Source: Podarcis pityusensis
Lineage: Eukaryota
Length of the DNA: 64,000 nucleotides
Assembly (NCBI GenBank): GCA_964106645.2
Contig: OZ067044.1
Reading direction: 5' to 3' (one strand)
In this document: piece by piece, positions 12,833 to 24,492 of the stretch
How the letters are laid out: the number at the start of each line of letters is the position of its first letter
Position numbering within the stretch: the stretch's first letter is position 1
The notes under the pieces: model-generated
Seen by the model: only the letters and a program-made list of their open reading frames with translations
Database searches by the model: none
What the model was told of the DNA's origin: nothing
Program-made: the position numbers and the translations under genes

Positions 12833-13987
12833 GGAGCACCTACTGGCACAACATGCTGATAAGAGTTCAGAGGCTGACAGGGTAGCAACATTTCTCATGA
12901 GATGTGCACAGGTTTATGCAATTATTTAGTTGTGTGTGCATTTCACACTTCTCCTTAAGGCAGTATGTGCAAGAGTGAACACACATATGGTGCATACAGG
13001 AAACACTCTGAAGTTATTACCTTAACTATCAGTGGGCTTTGTATCAAGAACTTCATAAACAAAGTTTCTGAGGCAGAAATATAGCACTCAGCACTTAATT
13101 TGAGAGGGTTTCCTTCACAATAGCCCCCCAAAGCAAAGCCTTAAATTCTTCAGAAGGTCTAAAGGCGATGCCCATAGTACCAGCTTTTGTGCCAGACTGC
13201 CAACCTCTTTTTTATGATTAGAGGAAGAAACTGAGGCAGAAAGGGGTGGGAGTCATTATGAAGAGCTGTTGTGTGGGGACCAACTACAAGTGCTGGGCCC
13301 TTGCTCCCCACCCGCTAGAATTTCTGAATCCACAATACTTCATTTCATAGGACAGGAATGGGCAGACATCAAATTAATTTATCAGTCAGAACCAGGTGCA
13401 AAAGACATAGGGTTGTAGTCAACTCAGTCCTACCCTGAGGTAGACTCAGTGACATAAGTGAACCTAAGTTTGTCATGTCCATCAACTTCAATAGGTCTGA
13501 GCAGGACTAGCATTGAGTACCACCCATAGAATTAAACAACAGGCTTCTTCTGAGCACATTCTGAGCCAAGGAATGTGTTTTCAGTACCAGAACAGAACTG
13601 TTTCACAATCATTCACACAAAAGTTCACTCCTGGTTAGTTTTCCTCATTTCAGTAGCCTAATTTAGGTGAAAAGAAGTTTTTTGTTATTGTTAAGCTGGG
13701 AGCCAGAAACCCTTGCCATTCTGCTGAAAAGCACCCAAAGATCTATTGGTGGATCCTGACCCACCGCCTCCCCATCTCTGTCTAGGATATTGCATGTGAT
13801 ACTTCTGCAATAATTGCAACAATTTTGTTTTTTAGCCTTATATCCTATTCAATCTACAGAGACTGAGGATAGGCAAGAATGTTATATAAACAAGTTGCAA
13901 ACGATAATTGTAGTCACTGATGACAAAATCACAGAGTTTGAAATATGTTCCTAAAATCAGTATGGGCCATACAGGAAGTATATGTCT

Positions 13988-15500
13988 GAGTCCACATCCA
14001 TGGCCACCACCTTAGTGACCAGGTAGGTAGCCTGGCTCAGAGGAGCGAGGGGCCAGCTCTATCCCTATGGAACCATCAGTGGGAGGGGAGGGGTACAGGA
14101 TTTGGGGAGCATTGTCATTTTGGTCCAGGATGAAGAGAGTCACTGAGATCTTGGAGCTGAGTGGTGGGGAGCCTCCATCCTTCCATGGAACTTAATCTCT
14201 TGGAACTTTTCATAAATGAAAGAACATCAGGCATAAATAACCCCAGACAGAATTAATAGAGTTATATAGACAAATTACTGATCTCATTTTTAATAAGTTA
14301 TTCTCAGTCTGGATATGTTGTTCTTCATGGACCTCACAACCCTGCCCCAGGACTCAATAGCTGAGATCCTGGCTGGCTCTCAGAATCTTCCTCATCTCTT
14401 TGGGGGCCACAGGCTCAGAGAAGAAGGTGAACCAGGCAGGAACATAAGAGTTGCCACAGTGCCTGGATAGCTGCTGCAGAGGCTACTCATGAGAAGGAAT
14501 CAAATGGAAACAAGTCCTGACTGAGATCTTGGAAGGGGTGGATCCTCTAGCTCCTGTATAAGTTCCCAGTCTAAGTTCCTTCACTGCTGAAGCAACAGCT
14601 CCCATCTCCTCTTCAGTCTGCTTGATGCACAGAAACATCCACCACCTGGCACCAAACTGTAATGATTGCTGATTGATTTCTTCAGTTTGAAAGGGAGACT
14701 GTTAGAACTAAACACAGGATTTCTCCATGGATTCTTTAATCCTGATTTTGCATGTTTAGGAGGGCTTCTGTTGTCATCTTGAGAGAGATTTCTTTGGGGG
14801 TATTTTTTTGGCAGTACAATATGTGAGGATATGGCTAATTAAAGAGCATAGCCATACACAGGTAACAAGGATAACAAATATTGACAATCTCCATATTGAG
14901 CCTGGACTCACTGAATAATGGAGGCTTGTTTAAAGCCCAAGGCACTGTCATTGCATCAAGAAATGTGACTCAGGTATTTGAAGTACCAGACCTTTCTGAC
15001 TCTCCTCCTTAATACACTGTGAGGAGCGGATGGTGAGCAGCTTCCTCTCTGTGGTTAAGAATTCTTTCTATCACAAGTTCAACATATCTGGCACCTCCAG
15101 CTGCTATTTTCACGTCCAGGATAAAATTATTCCTTTAGCTGATTTTGAGGTTCTAGAGAGAATTGGTTTCCAAATCAGTATCTTGTGCCTTATAGATGGC
15201 AAATTGGAGTTCTCTTGCTTTATTCTCACCAACTTTTGTTTCTGGTTCTTTTGATGGGAACCTGGGCGCATTGTCATTAATACCTATCGTTTCAATTTCC
15301 ACTCCATAAATTTTCATTGACCCCTCCACATATAACCACAAAATTCATGACACACTTCTCTACATGGCCACGAATTCCTCTCCATGTATTTGGTCTGTGG
15401 TGTGTAAATGACCAACTTCAGAGTAAAATACTGAAACCTATATTGTGAAAACTATGTACACCTCTCTCTGAAAGATCTCTTATATCCAGTCTCATCTCAT
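13988..15500 (-). pseudogene. Pcdh gamma-A pseudogene: EC1-EC2 remnant (~14940-15500) and EC5-EC6 remnant (~13988-14270) with EC3-5 missing
   Basis: LDIRDLSERGV, QYFTL, GHLHTT, EKCVMNF and [23 protein letters not shown] match gene 4. 13988-14180 is nearly identical to 31375-31560 but has a 4 bp duplication (aggtaggtag). Stops and frameshifts throughout. Confidence 0.9.
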
Positions 15501-17035
15501 TTGTGCAGAAGAAGCATGCACTCTGCTACTGAAGCCACAGTTCTCCCTTTAATTACTGTTAGAGCTGACCATGATTTGGCCACACCATTTTAAAGAGCCC
15601 CAGAATATGAGGAAAGCACTTTTGAGTATGTGTAGACTGCCTGTCTTTTATTGCTAAGTCACCGCAATAAACTTTCACGGGTCTGATGTTGGTGGGAAGT
15701 ATAACAGGGCACAGGTAAAGTTGGGTTCCAAAATATTGGTTGGGGTAGTACACAAAGCGTTCTAAAATATGAACAGATTATTTTAAATAGATTTTACGCA
15801 AGTACAGCATTGAAAATGTCTCCTGATACTACCTTCTTCAGAGACTCCTATTTCTATGTGGAGGTTTGTGGCCCACATCAATATACTATTAATTAGCAAG
15901 AAGAGATCACTTCCCTATCTCTTGACAGCTAAAAAAATAGTAACTTTTTAAAAAGCAAAGCTAATCAAGTAAAATTGCTACCTTATTTAATGAAAGTGGA
16001 TATAACAAACACGCTTCTCAGATTGTTATGAGCTCCTATTTGAATGGCAGTACTTCGTTACTTTATTCTGCTAAGCATAATTACATGTCAGGAAGTCCAA
16101 TAGATTTTAGTGAAGCATACTTCCAAGTACATATGATCATGAGAGCAGTCAATGAAAATCAAAGTTATTACTAGGAAACAAACCTAAACAGAAACAATGA
16201 TAAAGTAAAAATAAAAAAAATCCTTCCAGGAACACGGCTACCTATCTGTAAATGATAAAGTAAATGATTCACAGTGAGCTCAGTGGTCTAGATAAAGGAA
16301 AATGAGTCATTTCAGCAAGAGATGCCCACCTCATTGCCTCTTTCTATGGTTGTTCACTGATTATTCCTTCATGTGTAGAATTCATGCACATTCCCCAATG
16401 TTTGTGCTGTCTCTTGCCCTGTCCAACATCTGCATATTCAGTGGAGCATTGGGAAGAAGAACCTACACATTTACAGCCGTATGTGCATAGGTTTTAACCT
16501 GGCTTGGGTGTTATGACTGAACAAGGAATTGCAGTATTGTAAGGGTGCTTCATTATCAGGGTTCTCAATTGTGAGGAGGCTTCTAAGAGCTCAATGCAGT
16601 GGATGGAGTCAGCTGACTGCAGGGCTGGCAAACAGGACCCCATGCGCCTTACTTGTGTTACGATTCTTTTCAGGTATAATAAAAAAATCTCTTTGTACTC
16701 AGTTTCTGTTGCATGGATTCAGCCTCTCCTGCACTGAAGCCATTATGCCGCACCCTAGGCATCTCTTTTGTGTTATATCACATCTCCATGGCAGCCACTT
16801 TGTGTCAAGACACGCCCCTATAGCAGCCATTTGTGGCTGGTGCCCACAACACTCTCTCCAAATTCCAAATGTGCTTACTGGACAAAAAAGGCTGGCTACC
16901 CTGCTTTATATTCACTATGCAAGAAAGGCCATTATTTGACTTGAGCATTATCAGTTTGGACATTGTCCTGTGCAAATGTCAGAAAAAGTGAATGCATTAC
17001 ATATCTATATCTGTATCTAATCATCTATATCATTT

Positions 17036-17117
17036 CTATATCTATATCTATATCTATATCTATATCTATATCTATATCTATATCTATATCTATATCTATA
17101 TCTATATCTATATCTAT
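17036..17117. repeat. (TATATC)n microsatellite
   Basis: Direct. Confidence 0.95.
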
Positions 17118-18167
17118 TTCATTCTGCCAATTCACCTTGGATGAATGGCAGATTTTAAAAAACCTATGTTTATTTTAAGATAGGTTTCCTTTCATTTGGA
17201 GCTCAAAGGTCAAACCCTGAGGAAGATAAGGAAAGAGGATCGAGGTGGTCTCCTCAGGTGAAGTACAAAATGCAACATGAAAAGAATCCCAGGCTCACTA
17301 GATTTTTACTCCATTCCCATAAAAGCTCACTGGAATTCCTCAAACATATTGGGTTGAAATGAAGTTACCTTTTCTTTTATCTAGGTTTTATTCCATATTC
17401 TGATTGTAAAACATGCCACAGGAAATGTGAACATGGATGGCTCTCTTGCTAAAGAGCATATTTCATAGTCTGTAAGTTCTTTTCCAGGTGCTGTGACCCC
17501 AGCACACATATGATCCACACAATATCTGTTGTTGACACATGAACAGCCCAGACTATTCTCAATCACAGCCATGTGGTTGTGTGAACCAGCAATGTGTGAA
17601 CCAGCAATAAATGCAACCAAACAAAATGTCCATGATAAGGGAATGTCAAAAAAATGCTGACTCCTATATTTGTGTATTACTAGTTCACAACATGTAGTTA
17701 TATTATCCATGTTATCATGGGTGTCTTTGTTGTCAAGCTTCCGCTAGGATGGCATATGTGTGGGAGAACGCTATTCTATTAGATGCTATTAATTTTCGGG
17801 GATAGAAAACCATATGGATAGAATTAATCTACTCAACAGACTGGTAAAAAACAAGGGAAATTATTCAATCTATAGCTACACTGATATAGCCAGATCACAA
17901 CAAAGGCAGACAAATAAGATGCTCAGCTTAATTTAGGAAAGGACTCACTTGTAAGAGTGCCATGAATCCAAGTACCAGTTGGATGTGCTAAGTAAGCATG
18001 TTCAGAATGCCTCAGTGGCATGCCATTCAGGCAGGTCTAAGTACTGGTTCTTCCCATATAAAGCATCAGACACTTGAGCAGATAATGATCTAAAAGCAGT
18101 AGCTAATAATACCTATGAGGAAGAAAGATGTAGTGCCTACATCACAGTTTCTGAAAGCAGAGCTTAC

Positions 18168-20600
18168 CTGCTCACCAACCTCCTCTTTGGCATTGGCATC
18201 CCCACAGTTGCCATCCACAAGAACCACCTGAGAGCTATCATTGCATAGCAAGTTTTCTGCCACCTGGATATGGGGTTTCGGGAAAGAGATCTCCTCTTTC
18301 CTCATCTCTGACGATAGGCAGAGTTGGTAGGAATAAGGTAAAGTTCCTTCTTCATAGTTTGGTGGAAATATGACCTGCGCCTTAGAAAAAGCATTAGGTT
18401 CAAAGCATTGGAATAATTTGGGATTTCCTGATTGTCGAAGTTTCATGACAATGACCAGTATCACCGTCAGGAGGAATAAAAATGAGATCAATGCCAAAGC
18501 CAGCACCAAGTAAAACTGAAGGTCAGAATGATGTTCTGTGTCACTGGATTGCCTAGTCATTTCTGGAAGTGCCTCTTGGAAGTTCTCGGCAACCACAAGG
18601 TTGAGGACCACAGTAGCTGAGAGTGGAGCCTTCCCATTGTCCTTCACCAAGATGACCAGCTTCTGTTTCACAGCATCTTTCTCCAGAAGGGCTCGTGACG
18701 TCCTGATCTCTCCCGTGTGGGTCCCAATGGTGAAGAGGGCCGGCTCCGTGGCCTGAAGCACTTGGTAGGAGAGCCAGGCATTGTGCCCAGAGTCCGCGTC
18801 CACAGCCACCACTTTGGTCACTAGGTAGCCTGGCTCTGCCGAGTGAGGAACCATCTCAAACAAGGCAGAGCCCTCGGCGCCCGGGACAGGATACAAAACG
18901 CGGGGGCTGTTATCATTCTGGTCCAAAATGTACACCCACACGGTGGCGTTGTTGCTGAGAGAGGGAGAGCCGCCATCTTGGGCCTTCACTTGGATCTGAA
19001 ACTCCCGGAATTGCTCATAGTCAAAGGAGCGCTGTGCATAGATAGTTCCCGTCTCAGAGTTGATGGAGACGTAAGAGGAGAGAGGCAGCTCCTCCATGTT
19101 GCTGTTGAGGATGGAGTAAGTGATACGTGAGTTGCGGTCCAGATCCGGATCCGAGGCTTTGATGGATAAAATGGAGGCACCTGAGGGATTGTTTTCTGGT
19201 ACAAAGACACTGTAGGTTGATTTTTCAAAGGCAGGGGGGTTGTCATTGATGTCTGAAATCTGCAGGGAGATGGTTTTGTTGGAGGAGAGAGGGGGGCTAC
19301 CTTTGTCGGTGGCCGTGATTGTGATGTTGTATCCTGAGGCTTTTTCTCTGTCCAATGGACTATCTGTGAGAATTTTGTAATAATTGTTAGATGAGGATAA
19401 GATTTTAAATGGTACATTACCTTGTAGATGGCATGTAATTTTCCCATTTTCTTCAGAATCTTTATCCTTTACATTGATAACAGCAATTACTGTCCCAGGA
19501 ACAGAATCTTCAGGAATTGGACTAGATAAGGAGGCAAGAATGACCTCTGGAGCATTGTCATTCTCATCTATAATCTTTATTTCAATTTTACAGTGAGCCA
19601 CTAATCCTCCTCCATCTCTTGCTTTTATTGCCATAGTGTACTTTTCTGTTTCCTCAAAATCAAGATACTCTGTATTCATAATTATTCCATTTTGTGCATC
19701 TATCCTAAATTTCTTGTAGACTTTTTCTGGTACTTTACTGAAACTATAACTGATCTGACTATTTGAACCTTCATCTCTATCAGAGGCTGCAACCTGAAGT
19801 ATGGGAGACCCAGCAGGGGAATTTTCCCTCACACTGACCTCATAGACCTCTTGAGTGAAGACTGGTGGGTTGTCATTGGCATCTGTGACATTAATCCATA
19901 TCTGCGCAGTCCCAGTCTTTCTGGGTTCACCCCCATCCAGGGCCGTAAGGATCAGCTGAAGGGAGTGATCACTTTCCCGATCCAAAGGTTTCTGCAGGAC
20001 CAATTCTGCATATTTATGGCCATCCAGACTATCTTGAACCTCCAACGTGAAAAACTGATTTTGGCTTAACTGGTAGTCATGAAGGGAATTCTTCCCAATA
20101 TCAGGATCTTCAGCTTTCCCAAGGGGAAATCTGGCACCTGGCAATGTGGATTCAATTATTTCAAGCCTTATATTGTCATCCATGAAATGCGGTACATTGT
20201 CATTAATGTCCTGAATTGCTACACTTACATGGAAAACATTTAATGGATTTTCAACTAAGGCTTCAAGATTAATGAAGCACTGTGTGCTCTCTTTGCACAT
20301 TCCCTCACGATCTATCCTCTCACTCACATACACATTTCCATTTTCTGCATTGATACTAAAATATGGTTTTTTACCTTCAGAAATGATATGCAGGTTTCTA
20401 TTCCTCAGTTCTCTGGCATTCAGTCCCAAATCCTTGGCAAGATTTCCCACAAAGGACCCCTTTGCCATCTCCTCAGGGATGGAATAGTGAACTGACTCTG
20501 AGATCTCCCAGCAGAGGAAAAACAATAATAGTAGAAGCAAAATGTGGCTTCTGAATGCCCTGAAGCTTTCTCTAGGAATAACTTCCATCCTCATCTCCAT
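18168..20600 (-). CDS. PCDHG: Protocadherin gamma variable exon, gamma-B-like, B subfamily (gene 2)
   Basis: Full EC1-6/TM ORF with [33 protein letters not shown] and [10 protein letters not shown] (gamma-B hallmarks). First in-frame ATG 20600; donor CAG|GTAAGC at 18168; 811 codons. Confidence 0.95.
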
Positions 20601-20804
20601 TCTCCTGCTAATGAGCAGGTGAGCTTTTTTGTTGTTCAAAATACAGGGATACAGAAGAATAAGTTGATTCCCTTGATTTCCCTCTCAGTTTGCTTGTATC
20701 ACATTTGTTTCCTCAGCTCAGTAACAGCAGGCAGGTCTTTGTAGTCTGTTCTTTCTGCAGCTGGTAAGTAGCAATCTGACAGTGGATCCCTAATAGCTCC
20801 CAAA

Positions 20805-20846
20805 TTGGCCAACAGCGGCACTGTGAGTTCCAACTGAAGAACTGCA
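20805..20846 (-). promoter_or_regulatory. CSE / CTCF-type promoter element of gene 2 (CGCT intact)
   Basis: TGCAGTTCTTCAGTTGGAACTCACAGTGCCGCTGTTGGCCAA. Confidence 0.85.
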
Positions 20847-21306
20847 AGTGAATCAGCTCTAAGAATAAACCGGAAGAACTGAAATATATGCTTTCCCTCT
20901 CCATAAAAAAAAACATTTTAATACTTTGATAGCAACATTCAGTGACTAAAAGCAATTGTGTTATGTATTGCAGTACTAAGTTCTTGACCATATTGATGGA
21001 TGTGTGCAACCCCTTCAGACTTTTAATGTTTTCAACAAAATATCCCTCACAGGCCATTTGCAAGAAAATCACTTTATATACATAAAATATTATATTTTAA
21101 TTAGATGAAAGTTCTGGATTTCATCCCTTATATTCCCTTCTTTTTTGAAATAACAATTGCTTTTTAAAAAATTATCTACACTTTTAACATTCCTTATTTT
21201 TTAAAAAAAGTATTTGTAAAAAAGTATTTTTTTAAAAAACAGGAAAGGATCACTTTTTTGTAGATTCAGTCCAGTAAAGATGGTCTGTGTTCATAGGATT
21301 CTTGTA

Positions 21307-21548
21307 CAGTGGTACCTCGGGTTACATATGCTTCAGGTTACATACGCTTCAGGTTACAGACTCCACTAACCCAGAAATAGTACCTCGGGTTGAGAACTTT
21401 GCTTCAGGATGAGAACAGAAATCGTGCTCTGGCAGCGCGGCAGCAGCAGGAGGCCCCATTAGCTAAAGTGGTGCTTCAGGTTAAGAACAGTTTCAGGTTA
21501 TGAACGGACCTCCGAAACAAATTAAGTACTTAACCTGACGTGCCACTG
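21307..21548. mobile_element. Tc1/mariner-type MITE, same family as 1317-1574, opposite orientation
   Basis: TA|CAGTGGTACCTCGGGTTA...TGCCACTG|TA; reverse complement of the first copy. Confidence 0.85.
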
Positions 21549-21773
21549 TACCTGAAATGTTTGATGCCAATGGACAGTTTTCTGAAACTCTTCCCTCAAG
21601 ACCAGTAGATTTTTTTGACTTTGACTACTCACAACAATGTTTCAGTACATTTTCCAAATAAGGGAGGAAATGTGCCGCTAACAATTAGGCATGTAGATGT
21701 ATATGCAGAGGATACAACAGCTTGCCAATATGGCAAGGTTGAAAACATTTATACTACATCTATCACCAATGCA

Positions 21774-21951
21774 GATCCCCACAAACTGTGAGATGGGAGC
21801 ACCACTGAAATTCACACTCCCCGATTCAACCAGCTGAGAATTTCTCCATCTGTGCAACCTGATGGCCAGTAACACAAGGAGGAAGATGAGGAACAAGCAG
21901 GAGACAAAAGCCACTGCAAGGACCAGGTAGAAGGTGAGGTTAGACGGAGGA
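21774..21951 (-). pseudogene. Isolated Pcdh gamma-A TM/juxtamembrane fragment
   Basis: [59 protein letters not shown]; DNA close to 30950-31118. Confidence 0.9.
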
Positions 21952-22948
21952 GCAGATGATGGAACTGTCTGTGCTAACTTAGAGAAACATAGAGAGAGGA
22001 AACAAAGTCAAATTTCAGAACTATGTTAGAAAAAAAGAAGGTTCAGCACCAGAAGAGAGATTTATGGTGAACATTTCCAGTTGTAGGAGCAATTCAGACA
22101 TTGTATAGAACATTGTGCCGTATCATTCTTTGGATATTTTCATGAAAAATGTTATAAAAGAATTTATTAAGGAGTCTTTAAGTCTGGGGTACATTGCCTT
22201 AGATTAGTTTGCTTTCTCTTTCTCTTTCCTACAATATGATTTTTTGCTTCAGTGGGGGAACACTGGTGGGAGCAACACAGAAAGTAGAGTGGCCCAGATA
22301 CATTGCATGGAATTCATTCTCTTGTTGATCAGGAGGGGTGGAAATGTGAGAGGAAAGAGCACCTCTCAGGCCACAATACTCCCTTATATACACATCTCCT
22401 AAAAATACAGAAACCTATGCTTGTACCATATAACCTGCTGCTTCTGGTTAGTTAATCAGTTAATCCTACTTCTTTACTCATAAGCACTGATAAATTAAGA
22501 TCCTCACTATAAGAAACACACAGAAGGAATGTATAAGAGAGCATTTTTAGATTACAACTCTGAAAGTGTGTTTAGGGGGCAACACGTTTATGTTAAATGC
22601 TCTTAAGTATCTGCTATGAGAGAATGGGCAGGATTGGGATGAGATGGTGGTTTCATTGGTATGATGTTGCCTCTGATTCCCGGAATAGGATGGGTGTAGT
22701 AATCATGTGACCTGATATTTTGCTGCCATAAAAATGCTAAGTTTTGTCATAGTGCATTCGAGTTGTATGCAAAAATTACTACAGTAAGTCTGGAATGCAT
22801 CTGGAGAACAATTGCAAATCCAACCAAATGACAGGTTTGAGCAGGGTTTTAAAGACAGGCTTTAAAAGGAAACAGTTGTAGATGGTCTACACAGAAACCT
22901 AGGAGGATGCAACAAAGAAATAAAAGAAATAAAATTGAATCCATGTCA

Positions 22949-23101
22949 TAGGGTTGCCATACGTCCTCTTTTGCCAGGACATGCCCTCTTTTTCATGGGT
23001 AAGTAAAATGAGAGTTGTCATTTTACATACATTAAAACATTAGTTAAAAGTCGAGGTTGGCAAATGTGTCCTCTTTTTTCTATTCAAAATATGGCAACCC
23101 A
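22949..23101. mobile_element. hAT-like MITE
   Basis: TIRs TAGGGTTGCCATA...TATGGCAACCCA with GTCCTCTTTT subterminal repeats. Confidence 0.65.
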
Positions 23102-24094
23102 GGAAGATAAAAAATGATAAGAGGACCACAAGAAACAAATGAATGGAACAGAGATGGATCAGGTGGACTGAGTATTTCAAGGAGAATAGTTGACAAAGTG
23201 CAAATAGCAGAAGAATGGCAATAGAATGAAAAATTGTAAAACAAAATTATAATTTAATGGCACTATGCCATAAATAGAACTTCCGGTATAGATGAGATGT
23301 GTCAGAAAATGGAATCACAATGTGTAGTTTTTGTTCTCACTCTTACATTTAGCCTTATTTTGATTTACAGTATTTATAGCACACTCTTCATTGAATATTT
23401 CCAGTCCCAATGACTTGAGTCCACTAAAGTTTATACCATAACAAATATGTTTGGGTTGCATCCAACGCTCATGTTTCTTCTCCTCTCCCCTCCCCAGTTG
23501 TCCTAATAAACAGTATTTAAGAGATCAGCTTGGCCCTACAACACGGAAAAATGGCAAAGCCCAACCCCTACCCCAAATGAGGAACCAACTGCAAATGAAG
23601 AAAGAAATTGCCAGTTTGCATCTAAAGCAGCATGCTGGCCATTACTTTTGATGGGAATCCCATAAAAACTTCCCCTATACTTTTCCAGCCCCCAGAGCTC
23701 CAGTTTACAACTAGCTGCTCTATAGAGCTTAGATAATTTGAAGGCTGGGTGATGGGAGAAGAGAGAGGGCAGGAGAAGGCAAAGCCACACATAAAAAGAT
23801 GGCCAGCACATTGCCGTTTGTGTGCACCTGAGGATATGGCAGGAAAGAGGAGTGGAAGCAAGCAAGAAGCTTGCATACTGATGCATCCTAAATATAATTA
23901 TTCTTAAATCGTTCAGCACTTCTGCACACTACTTCTGGAAACCTCAATAAAGCTACTCCTTACAGACATCATTACTTTGAAAGTCCAAGACACTGAGACT
24001 GCAGTCTTATACATGTTCACTTCACCTGGAGTTCCTTTTGAGTAGACATGCATGGGATCCTACTGTTAACTTCCAACGTCATAAATACCACAGT

Positions 24095-24195
24095 CGAAAT
24101 AAAAAAATTCCTTCCTGTAGCACCTTAAAGACCAACTAAGTTAGTTCTTGGTATAAGCTTTCGTGTGCATGCACACTTCTTCAGATACACTGAAT
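24095..24195. mobile_element. Fragment of the same repeat family as 27483-27655
   Basis: GTAGCACCTTAAAGACCAACTAAGTTAGTTCTTGGTATAAGCTTTCGTGTGCATGCACACTTCTTCAG. Confidence 0.6.
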
Positions 24196-24492
24196 ACCAC
24201 AGAACTGGTTTAGTAGTCCAACTGAGTAAAGCAAAGCTACTCGGATCCAATGCTTAGATATTTTTGCCTTGACACTGTAAACCTTACTCTTTTATCATGC
24301 ATAAATCAGTAGACGGTTCATGAGGGGCCCAATAAATAAGGCTGAGCTACTGCTTTCCAGATTTAAATAACTCATTTTTCAGTAAACATATATGTCAGAG
24401 AAAATGAATTCTCCTCCATATAATGTTTCAGTGCCAGTTATGGTAAAAGATCATGCAGCGTGCAATGAAAAATATTCTGGAATAAACCCTAC

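Noticed and set aside
14300-14640. LTR-like insert within the gamma-A pseudogene
   Set aside because: No TG...CA ends, TSD or second copy could be established.
17381-17730. Possible EC3 ghost (DTHDN; YCVDHMCAGVTAPGKELTDYE)
   Set aside because: Similarity too weak to distinguish from chance by eye.
17941-17952. GTGAGT donor-like word downstream of gene 2
   Set aside because: No tail homology precedes it, so it is not counted with the ghost tails.
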